A stretch of DNA of 63,751 nucleotides, counting the filler, from Dugesia japonica (taxonomy: Eukaryota), in the NCBI GenBank assembly GCA_001938525.1. It is 6 parts of 6 records of this genome, joined end to end, with 100 filler letters (N's around TTAATTAATTAA, not from the genome) between each part and the next. Parts side by side here need not be neighbours in the genome. Positions count along the whole stretch, not along the records: positions 11,435 to 22,206 come from MQRL01505650.1; positions 22,307 to 37,039 come from MQRL01623858.1; 4 more parts are not named here. One strand, given 5' to 3'. Below are positions 13,589 through 22,372 of the stretch, one piece after another (position 1 is the first letter of the stretch; each line of letters begins with the position of its first letter). The notes under the pieces are model-generated. The model made no database searches. It had not been told where the DNA came from and was given only the letters and a program-made list of their open reading frames with translations. The translations under genes were made by a program, and so were the position numbers.

Positions 13589-15819
13589 TTAAGATAAAGT
13601 TAAATATTTTAAATTAATTTCTTCTGGTAAAATTATTTGAATGTAAAATATATTTGTAACATTATTTATTTCAGTGCTTTCTTTAAAAATATTAACAGTT
13701 TTATCAGAATATGAATATGATAATTCTTTAAAATTAATTCCAATGGTGTATGTAAAATTTTCTTTTTCACAATAACCATTAATATTTATTTTTACTTTTG
13801 CATCGATTTTTGTAAATAAAAATATTTCTTTTATAAATTTACCATTTCTTATAAATTTTAAATCTTGAACATATTTCTCTAAAATAGAAAATTCTGGAAT
13901 ATTATCCTTAACTTCCCTAATTGAAAATAGTAAATGTGGATTTGAATAATAATGTAAATAATTATCGAATATTTCTCTTAAAGCTTTAAAATTTGAAGTT
14001 TTAAATAAATCATTAATTTTGTTAATATAAATTTTATGAAGTTTTGGTTTTAAACTTTCAAATTCTTTTTTATATTTACCTAAAGTATCAAACTTAATAA
14101 TTACATTTTTCATTTTAAATTTATTTACAAAAATTATTTCAATGTAATTTATTTTTGTTTCTTTGCTTACATAATNAATTTTAATATTTCCATCTTCAGG
14201 TGTAAGATGATCCATTGACACTGCAATATGATTAATTTTAATTATATAAAGAAATTTGTAAATATCACAGGTACCTTCAATATAAATAATAACTTTTTCA
14301 GTGATATTTGTATGTAAAATAATAGAATTTTTTTTAAAATCAAAACCAGTAACATGATCACTAATGTGAAATTTATCATTCAGTGTTTGATTCGCAGCCA
14401 GCAGTGTTTGATTCGCAGCCAGCAGTGTTAATATTGAATTGTCATTTTCTAAATACACATATTCTTTGTAATTATCAAACATTTCTCTTAAAGCTTTGAA
14501 ATTAAATGTTTTAAAATAAACATTAATTCTGTCAACATGTAACCTATGAAACTTTTTATTTTTATATTCTTCTTTTAACTTTTCAAACATTTCTAATTTA
14601 TATAAATTAACACTTATATCTTTTATATAAATATTTTCAGGTAAAATTATTACAATATATTTTATATTTGTATCACTAGTAATTTCAGTATTTTCTCTAT
14701 AAATATTAATATTTCCGGATTCAGGTTTTACATATAAAAATGACACTGCAAGATGATTAATTCTAATGACATATGTAAATTTTTCAATTTCACATTTACC
14801 AATAATACTTATACTAATTTTTTTATTTAATTTTGTGTGTAAATGAATTTCAAAAGGTTTTACAAGCTGAAAATATGTAAGGTCTAATGAAAAGAAATAA
14901 TTTTTTTTTCCTTTTTTAAAATAAAAATCGGTAACATATTTATTCATAATATTAAATTTTCCAAATATATCTTTAACAATAATTGAAAATATCTTATAAG
15001 TATTAGGTGTGTCATTATAATAAACGTGATTATCAAGTAATTCTTTTAAATTATTTAATGTTGAACTTGAAAGTGTTTCTTTATATTTTTTAAATAAAAG
15101 ATTAACTTTATCAGTATATATTTCATGTGAATATATACTCAATATTTCTTCAGTTAATTTTAAAATTATAGGTTTTATTTTTTCTATAAAGATTTTAAGA
15201 TTGTTCACAGAAATAATATAAATATCATATGTTTTCTTGTCTATATCATCATGTAATTTGTTAATTTTTCTTTTTAATATATCAATTTCTTTTTTAATTT
15301 TCAATGAATCAAGAGTATCTAATTTTTCTAAATTAATAATTAAATCACTTCTTTTAAATGGAAATAGTTCTTGTTTTAATCTTTTAATTTCAGTGTTGAT
15401 ATTATCAAATGTTTCTTGGTTACAGTTCTTTGTAATTTTTGAATTTTATTATTAAAACCTGAAATATCAACATTCAATGTTTTTAATTCATTAATTTTAG
15501 ATTCTAAATATAATTTGTTAGCTGTGAAACTGTCAACTTTTAATAATCTATTGAAAATTATTTCATGTTTTTGTAATTTTTCTTCAAGAGACTTTATGTA
15601 TTTTAAATTACTTTCTTCTGATTGTTTTATGTATTTTAAATTAACTGCATCTTGTAAATCTTTAGGGTCATCTGTTATTTTTAGAGAAGTAATTGTGTCA
15701 CCTGTTTCATTTACATATTTATTTTCATTTGTTGCATCTAAGGTTCTAATTTTTGCATTTACATTTTTTAATATTTCTGTTGAATTTACGGTATTAGCAG
15801 TAGCACCAAACTTATTCAT
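13589..15819 (-). pseudogene. Fibre/spike-like protein with three tandem C-terminal modules; apparently one gene frameshifted near 15420
   Basis: N-part MNKFG..YVNETGDTI..PKDLQDAVNLKYI resembles tail-fibre 'GDTM.G' and 'DAATK.YV' motifs. The frame of ORF 13589-15304 is open upstream to ~15445, overlapping ORF 15376-15819. Confidence 0.55.
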
Positions 15820-15845
15820 TTTTTACCTTTATGGATTCGCGTAGC

Positions 15846-16292
15846 TCAGTTCTTTTCTAATATTGAATTATAAAGATCTAACATTTCAGATATTATCATG
15901 TCAAATTTTACATATTGAATTTTTCTTCCTTTATGGATCTTATATAAAAAATAAATACATAAAATGCCACATATTTCAGTGTTAAAATGTTGNNNNNNNN
16001 NNNNNNNNNNNNNNNNNNNNNNNNNNNNNNNNNNNNNNNNNNNNNNNNNNNNNNNNNNNNNNNNNNNNNNNNNNNNNNNNNNNNNNNNNNNNNNNNNNNN
16101 NNNNNNNNNNNNNNNNNNNNNNNNNNNNNNNNNNNNNNNNNNNNNNNNNNNNNNNNNNNNNNNNNNNNNNNNNNNNNNNNNNNNNNNNNNNNNNNTTGAA
16201 TATAAATCAAAATTTGTTGTTGTGTTAATTCCAAATGTTTTTAAAAAATCAATCAATGAATAATCTTGTCCACTATGTTGTGGTTCGTCCAT
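15846..16292 (-). CDS. Adenain-like (adenoviral/Polinton) cysteine maturation protease; centre lost in gap
   Basis: QHFNTEICGILCIYFL matches the Q-x5/6-CG-x2-C-x2-FL catalytic Cys block; N-terminal TTNFDL; adjacent to penton. Confidence 0.82.
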   Translation of the reverse strand: MDEPQHSGQDYSLIDFLKTFGINTTTNFDLYSXXXXXXXXXXXXXXXXXXXXXXXXXXXXXXXXXXXXXXXXXXXXXXXXXXXXXXXXXXXXXXXXXXXXQHFNTEICGILCIYFLYKIHKGRKIQYVKFDMIISEMLDLYNSILEKN

Positions 16293-16309
16293 TTTAATAA
16301 GAAAAGGTT

Positions 16310-16987
16310 TTAAAGTCGATACTTTCTTAAATGTACTAAAATTGTAATTGTTTCATTGTTAAAATCTATTGTGTTAAAATTTTCATCTACNNNNNNNNNN
16401 NNNNNNNNNNNNNNNNNNNNNNNNNNNNNNNNNNNNNNNNNNNNNNNNGATGGTCTTTCTACTATTTTATATCCAAATGGAACTGTGTTTATTGGAAATG
16501 AATATAAAAGATTAATATTTTTTGTTTCTGTGTTATTTGTTACATAGTTACCTTTAACAATGTTACATGTAATATTTATCGCGTTACTATTTATAATGTT
16601 AATTTAAGTATCTGAATAATAATTACCAGGTTCATATTTTCCAGGTTTAAATCCTAGAATTATATGGAAAAATGATTTATTATCAAATGTTAATATGTTT
16701 TTCTGGATCTTCATATTACATTTAGATGTTGCTGTGTCAGGTGTAATTTCTAGATATTTTTCTAAACGATTTGACATTTCTTTTACTTCATATGATCCTG
16801 GTTCTAAACTCATTTGTTTGTTATTGTCTATAATGTATTTATTATTTAAATTGTTAATGTTAAATATAATATTGTAACATGAAAAATATAACATGCCAAG
16901 TTCATATTCTGAATCTAATTTTATAGGATAATCTAAATTTACTTTTAAATCTTGTTCTGTTCCAACTACTAAGAATTTATGAGACAT
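16310..16987 (-). pseudogene. Minor capsid protein (penton, single jelly-roll) with in-frame TAA at 16604-16606
   Basis: YPIKLDSEYELGM..YNIIFNI..GSYEV..ILGF..YSDT*INIINSNAINITCNIVKGNY..VPFGYKIVERP[gap]VDENFNTIDFNNETITILVHLRK. Typical Polinton penton motifs continue past the stop. Confidence 0.85.
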
Positions 16988-16996
16988 TTATTATAT

Positions 16997-17950
16997 TTAA
17001 TTTTTGAAATATTTAGACTTATATTTTTTATAAATAATATCAGATAATAATCCTTGAGATTTTAAATTTTTACACACGGATTTAATTTCTGCATGTAAAT
17101 TGTTATGTCCAGATTTTACAGCTGAAATTAATAATGTTAACTTTTCAAATNATGCAATTGGATTTTTGTTTATTTTCATTCCATCAGCTTTTACTTCTTT
17201 TTTTAAAATTTGTTTAGCATCTTCTATTTCTTGTTGTTTTCTTTTAGCTTTTTCAATATCATCCTGTTCAATTCTACTTTTATTTTTTTGAATTAATGAT
17301 TTTAAATAACCACAATAATTATTTTTCACAGGTATTTTTATTATTTCTGTTAAATATTTATTCACAAAGTTTTTTATAGTAGTGTTATTATAGTAATCAA
17401 CTGCTTCACTTAGATTTCCCATCATTACATCAACAAATTCATTTTGATATTCATCTTCATAAATTTTATTATTTATTGATAAATGTTTTACATCTTTAAT
17501 TGTAAAGAAAAATACTGACGCATCTTTTGATTTAAAATATAATCTTGTATATTTTTTATCTGGTGTTACAGGTATTTCATCAATTTGAGGAACTATTGTT
17601 GGTGATAGATTATCAGTATTAAGTGTTAAATTATCAGGTTTAAATGGAAATACATCTTCAGTCATAAAAAACGTGTTAGTAATTACATCTTTATTGAATA
17701 AATCAATTATGGGTTCTGACTTTATGGGTTCTTTTATGACTTCTTTTATTGGTTCTAATGTGAGTTTTTCTTCCTTGTTACCCTTGTGGTTTTTCATGGT
17801 TTTTTCAATTGCAGAGATTGTTGGTTGTTGTAAAGTTGATAAGTTAGTTTGTAAAGTGTTATAATCATCAACTTGACCAGAATAATAATTATTATATTTT
17901 TCTTGTGCATCAATTAGTGCTTTTAATTCTTTAATTCGTTTTTCTATCAT
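16997..17950 (-). CDS. Conserved uncharacterised Polinton protein (putative structural/core)
   Basis: C-terminal KLTLLISAVKSGHNNLHAEIKSVCKNLKSQGLL resembles the Polinton 'RL.LL.A...AGN.....EI..I...L...G.I' motif; intact 317-aa ORF. Confidence 0.65.
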   Translation of the reverse strand: MIEKRIKELKALIDAQEKYNNYYSGQVDDYNTLQTNLSTLQQPTISAIEKTMKNHKGNKEEKLTLEPIKEVIKEPIKSEPIIDLFNKDVITNTFFMTEDVFPFKPDNLTLNTDNLSPTIVPQIDEIPVTPDKKYTRLYFKSKDASVFFFTIKDVKHLSINNKIYEDEYQNEFVDVMMGNLSEAVDYYNNTTIKNFVNKYLTEIIKIPVKNNYCGYLKSLIQKNKSRIEQDDIEKAKRKQQEIEDAKQILKKEVKADGMKINKNPIAXFEKLTLLISAVKSGHNNLHAEIKSVCKNLKSQGLLSDIIYKKYKSKYFKN

Positions 17951-17971
17951 TTCGCGTGGCTCTTTTATATA

Positions 17972-18520
17972 TTAATAATTTTCATCTTCGGTTTCAGTTT
18001 CAATACCTTTTCCTTTATTTTCTCCTTGGTGGGCTACGCTATATGGATTTAAATATATACCATGACCATGTTGAATTATATGAGTTCCATGTTTAAATTT
18101 TTTTGTTATATGTTTCATGTTAGGATCAATATTTTTTAAATATTTATGTATTGCTGTGCCTTGATATGGATTTAAATATATTCCTTGGCCTGTTGTTGGT
18201 TTTTGTTTGTTGTCGTCCTTTAAGATTTTTTGTTTTTGTAATTCAATTAATTCACCTTCTTTTTGTTTATTTACAGCTTCTCTAGAATTTGCAACTGTTT
18301 TTGCAATTCCAGCTGCAACTCCACCAGCAGATGCTAATGCAGTAACTATTGCTGGGATGGCAGCTAGAAATGCAAATCCACCTTCTTTACTACGAGCTTT
18401 TAATTCATCTTTAATTTTTTTAGAAATATAATAATTTTTACCATTTATTTTTACAGATTTACATTTTTTAGAATTTACAATTTTAATTAATTCTTCTTCT
18501 GTTATATTGCTGTCTGACAT
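17972..18520 (-). CDS. pX/mu-like core protein precursor
   Basis: KEGG|FAFLAAIPAIVTALASAGGVAAGIA resembles adenoviral pX 'GGFLP.LIP.IAAA'; duplicated G.GIYLNPY motif. Confidence 0.7.
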   Translation of the reverse strand: MSDSNITEEELIKIVNSKKCKSVKINGKNYYISKKIKDELKARSKEGGFAFLAAIPAIVTALASAGGVAAGIAKTVANSREAVNKQKEGELIELQKQKILKDDNKQKPTTGQGIYLNPYQGTAIHKYLKNIDPNMKHITKKFKHGTHIIQHGHGIYLNPYSVAHQGENKGKGIETETEDENY

Positions 18521-18528
18521 TATTTCTT

Positions 18529-21500
18529 TTATAGATCTTTATTAATATTATTATTTAAGCATGTTAATGTTCGATTTATTAAATCTAATCTTAAATGCCA
18601 TTGTGAGCATTTTTCACAGAAATATTGATTTCCATATGGCCATGTTCTAGTTGCATCATCTTCTATTATTATTTTATCATCAAATGCCATTAATGCTATT
18701 TTCTTTTGTTTTATTAATTCAATTTCATGACAATCAGATTTTAATGTATAATTTATTCCATAAAATACTTTACTTTTATCTTTTAATACTTCATCAAAAT
18801 CTGACATTAATAATTTATTATTTTTCTTGACACCTTTATTTCTTGAATCATAACTTTGTCCTTTATTTTCAGTGTAAGAATAACTATAAGATTTTGCTTT
18901 TATAAAATTACCTTGAATTATTTCATTGTTAGGTTTTTCATCTTTCATCTGAAATAAATTATCACCAAGTAGGCTTTCTAATTTTATTAAGTTATCTCTA
19001 TGTTTTATTTCAACAAAGATACAATCAGTATTTTTTATTATCAATGGAAATCCACAATTAAATGAGCCATCTTCAGTTTCAATGTCATATACATCTTCTA
19101 GATTTTCTCTTAAAAATCTTACACTTTGAAGATTAGTTTCAATTTCAGTTAAAGTTTCTTTTAATTTGAAGTCTTCTGTAATAATTAAATTCATTCCTAA
19201 AGATGTTCCTAGATAATATGCTTTAGATAAAGATATTTTATCAGTGATTGTTTTATTTAAAATGTCACATGTAATTTGTTTATTTAAAGATATTATTGTT
19301 TTAAATTTATTGTGTAATAATTTAGTTTCATATGTTAAATCTGTTGGTTTTATTTGTTCATTGTTTTCATTTAACAGTGAATGGTCTTCTGTTACATCTA
19401 CAATTCCCATATGAGTTGTTACACGATAAATCTTTTTATTTGTTTTATGTTTAATTACTTTTTTCAATGGAACCCAGTTACTTTTAGTCCAAATTTCATA
19501 ATTTTCTGGATAAGAATAATATTTCCCGTCATAATCATTTTTTGTATAAGATTGATCGATTTCTGAAATCTTTTTAATTTCAACTTTATTATTTTTTCTT
19601 AGAATCACTGGAGTGTCTTTTGTTACACTGTCACTGTAATGAATTTTATAGTTATCATTTCCAATTAAAGGTTGCATTTGATTGTAAATAAAATCATACA
19701 TTACTTCTTTTGCGTGTTCGAGGATTGTGAATCCTATATATGGAAATTTATTATAATTTAATTTACTTTTTATCATATTAATTGCGGCAACATGAGCTTC
19801 ATTTGTATCATTTAAACAGAAGATTTTAGATGATTTAAAAGTTGGTTTTCTTATAAACTTTCGATAATCTTTGTCATTGTCAACAATTTCAATGTTACAT
19901 CGATTTCTGATATTTTCTAGTGTTTTGCCATAGAAAGCATTTAACATTAATTTATAAATATAATCTCCAAAGACATCTTTAATTTTTTTAGATTCTTTTC
20001 TTAGGGATATTAATTTGTGAACATGATCTTTAAACCATGGAGATGTTTTCATTTCAATCATTTTATGTATTTTTACTAAAGACATGCCATGTTTTAAATA
20101 TAGATCTAATGTTGAACCTAGAACAGTATAATTCTTTTTATCGAATTGATTTAATGTTAGTTTAATATTATCATTTGATATTTTCTTATTAAATGATTTT
20201 TGATAATTACTTAACATGCCTTCTGTAATAAGGATTCTTTCTGGTGCTAATGGGAAATATTTTGTTTTTTCATGGATCTCTTTTGGATAATCAAGGTCGA
20301 CTTCATATATAAAATTCATTTTATTTGTGGCTGGTTCATAAGTTAGCTCGTTGGATTCTTTGAATTCACCTGTTGGAAGTGGTCTTGTCATGCATGATGC
20401 ATATAATGAATTTTCGTCTATATATTTTATAAATGTTTCTTCTTTCCAATCTACTGGTGGAGTTTTATTTTTTATTAATGAATATAATATCTCGCCAACT
20501 TGTGTTTTATTTAATTGTCTTGATATTCCAAATCTAGGATTTGAGATTTTATTATTTGAAAATACTTGACGTTCACCTAGAACACCAGAATAGCCACCAC
20601 GTATTCCAGATTCAATTAATAAGAAAATATCATAGGTTTCAGGTTTAGCATATTTTAAGTAAATATTTGCATTTAACATTCCAGTTTCCCATGAATATCC
20701 TGGTGCAGAATATGAATAACATGGATCTAGTTTTAGGATATTATTTAAACATGAAACTCTAAAGTTTTCAAGGAAATCTGTTAAAATTAATACATCAAGT
20801 TTCATGTAATGTAACATGTAATCCCAGAGATTTTTATAATCTAAAAAATCTATTAAAAAATTATCATATTCTTGATCAGATATTTCTTTTTGTGTTAGTG
20901 TATTAAAGAAATCTTTTCTAGTTGGTGTTCGTTTTGATTTTAATAATTTCATGACTTCTGTGACATTTTTACCTTTTACACATTCATATGGAAACACGAT
21001 TTTTTTAGGTTTTAAATTGTGGGATTTTAATATTGGATAATTATTAGATTGTGTTAATAAATTACCCATTACTTCTACGGATGTAAATGGAAGTAATCTA
21101 GCTGAATCTAAGAATCTAATATCTTCATATTGAAATGAAATATAATTTTCTGAACTGTGGGGTATTATTTTTTTAATTTTTCGTGTAAATTTTGTTATTA
21201 ATTCTTTGAAAAATAAATGATTATCATAGCCGGATGCGTTATGAAAATAAAATGGGATGAATAGATTCTTGATACTTCTATCATTAATATTACAAGTGTT
21301 ACATGAATATCCACGAGGTTCACCTGTGAAATGATTATGATCTAAAACTGGTTCTTTCAGGATCGGTTTTTCACAATAATAACAATTTTCATTTTTAAAA
21401 TCGCTATGCTGGCCTGTAGATGTTTTTATTAATTTATTTTCTTTTATATCTTGTAATTTATTATTAATGTCATCTAAAAATTCAAAGAATTCAAGATAAA

Positions 21501-22206
21501 TATTTTCACCTGTGAATTGATAATATTTTGATTCTAGGAGATGTTGGTGTTCACTGTGAAGATAAACACCTAAAGATATAGCTTTTTGTTTTTTAGTGTT
21601 AATATTTGTGTAAGCTTCAAAATCACCTATTAATATGAAAGGTATTTTATTTTTCATGTAAAATTTATTAAATGAATAATAACTTTTAAATGGAAATACA
21701 ATATTGTTTGGTTTGTGTCTAATACATGCATCTTGATGTTTAATTAATATTTCTTCAGATGAATAAGAATTCATACATCTTATGCATGGAAAAATTTTAT
21801 TTCCATTTTTTGAAAAGAATACAGATAGATCTCGACATAGAATATAATGATTTTTATATATCAAGAGATTACATTTATTTTCTTCTGGATTTGGTTTTAT
21901 TGTATGATGTGAAATGTAAAGTGGTTCAAGTTTTTTAGAATCATTAACACCGAAAACATTTATATTATAATCATTTAATTTCTCAAATTTGGGAATATCA
22001 GTTATTTTCATTGGAAATTCAAAATCTGATTTTAATTCTGATAAATGTGGAATGTAATTATTTACACGTGTTGGATGATCAAGTAGATGTTTATGTGCTA
22101 AGATTGAATATAAGAAGCATTTGTCATTTGTGTTTTCTATGTTGATTACACCTGGTTTTGAAAATGGTAATTTAATAAATGTTGCTCCATTTTTTGAATC
22201 ATATTT
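18529..22206 (-). CDS. polB: Protein-primed family B DNA polymerase (pPolB) with vOTU-like, Zn-finger, endonuclease-VII-like and intein domains; 5' end lost in gap
   Basis: Frame open for 65 more codons upstream of 22011 to the gap. ExoI IGDFEAY, ExoII FHNASGYD, ExoIII YMKLDV, motif A YIDENSLYASCM, motif B KLMLNAFYGK, motif C YSD|TDC split by the intein. Confidence 0.95.
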   Translation of the reverse strand, partial: KYDSKNGATFIKLPFSKPGVINIENTNDKCFLYSILAHKHLLDHPTRVNNYIPHLSELKSDFEFPMKITDIPKFEKLNDYNINVFGVNDSKKLEPLYISHHTIKPNPEENKCNLLIYKNHYILCRDLSVFFSKNGNKIFPCIRCMNSYSSEEILIKHQDACIRHKPNNIVFPFKSYYSFNKFYMKNKIPFILIGDFEAYTNINTKKQKAISLGVYLHSEHQHLLESKYYQFTGENIYLEFFEFLDDINNKLQDIKENKLIKTSTGQHSDFKNENCYYCEKPILKEPVLDHNHFTGEPRGYSCNTCNINDRSIKNLFIPFYFHNASGYDNHLFFKELITKFTRKIKKIIPHSSENYISFQYEDIRFLDSARLLPFTSVEVMGNLLTQSNNYPILKSHNLKPKKIVFPYECVKGKNVTEVMKLLKSKRTPTRKDFFNTLTQKEISDQEYDNFLIDFLDYKNLWDYMLHYMKLDVLILTDFLENFRVSCLNNILKLDPCYSYSAPGYSWETGMLNANIYLKYAKPETYDIFLLIESGIRGGYSGVLGERQVFSNNKISNPRFGISRQLNKTQVGEILYSLIKNKTPPVDWKEETFIKYIDENSLYASCMTRPLPTGEFKESNELTYEPATNKMNFIYEVDLDYPKEIHEKTKYFPLAPERILITEGMLSNYQKSFNKKISNDNIKLTLNQFDKKNYTVLGSTLDLYLKHGMSLVKIHKMIEMKTSPWFKDHVHKLISLRKESKKIKDVFGDYIYKLMLNAFYGKTLENIRNRCNIEIVDNDKDYRKFIRKPTFKSSKIFCLNDTNEAHVAAINMIKSKLNYNKFPYIGFTILEHAKEVMYDFIYNQMQPLIGNDNYKIHYSDSVTKDTPVILRKNNKVEIKKISEIDQSYTKNDYDGKYYSYPENYEIWTKSNWVPLKKVIKHKTNKKIYRVTTHMGIVDVTEDHSLLNENNEQIKPTDLTYETKLLHNKFKTIISLNKQITCDILNKTITDKISLSKAYYLGTSLGMNLIITEDFKLKETLTEIETNLQSVRFLRENLEDVYDIETEDGSFNCGFPLIIKNTDCIFVEIKHRDNLIKLESLLGDNLFQMKDEKPNNEIIQGNFIKAKSYSYSYTENKGQSYDSRNKGVKKNNKLLMSDFDEVLKDKSKVFYGINYTLKSDCHEIELIKQKKIALMAFDDKIIIEDDATRTWPYGNQYFCEKCSQWHLRLDLINRTLTCLNNNINKDL
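19030..19629 (-). mobile_element. Mini-intein (200 aa) in pPolB motif C (Pol-c site)
   Basis: Block A SVTKDTPVILR, block B VDVTEDHSLL (TxxH), block F VYDIETEDGSF, block G LIIKN followed by Thr+1. Excision restores YSDTDCIF. Confidence 0.93.
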
Positions 22207-22306
22207 NNNNNNNNNNNNNNNNNNNNNNNNNNNNNNNNNNNNNNNNNNNNTTAATTAATTAANNNNNNNNNNNNNNNNNNNNNNNNNNNNNNNNNNNNNN
22301 NNNNNN

Positions 22307-22372
<66 letters not shown>

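Larger units (their letters stand above)
11435..22206 (-). mobile_element. Polinton/Maverick (adintovirus-like) element, partial; truncated by linkers on both sides
   Basis: Intronless, tightly packed co-oriented ORFs: pPolB, core protein, conserved Polinton protein, penton, adenain protease, fibre-like protein, membrane protein. No MCP, ATPase, integrase or TIR seen inside this segment. Confidence 0.93.

Noticed and set aside
12326-16606. Alternative genetic code (TAA reassigned) in the element
   Set aside because: Most genes, including polB, end in TAA at sensible positions, and long ORFs lack internal TAA
19030-19629. Hedgehog-type Hint or bacterial intein-like domain rather than a true intein
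   Set aside because: The insert lies inside a conserved catalytic motif and has terminal Asn plus nucleophilic Thr+1, the true intein arrangement
11622-20569. Plus-strand ORFs antisense to the Polinton genes
   Set aside because: Shadow ORFs of biased codon usage; no motifs
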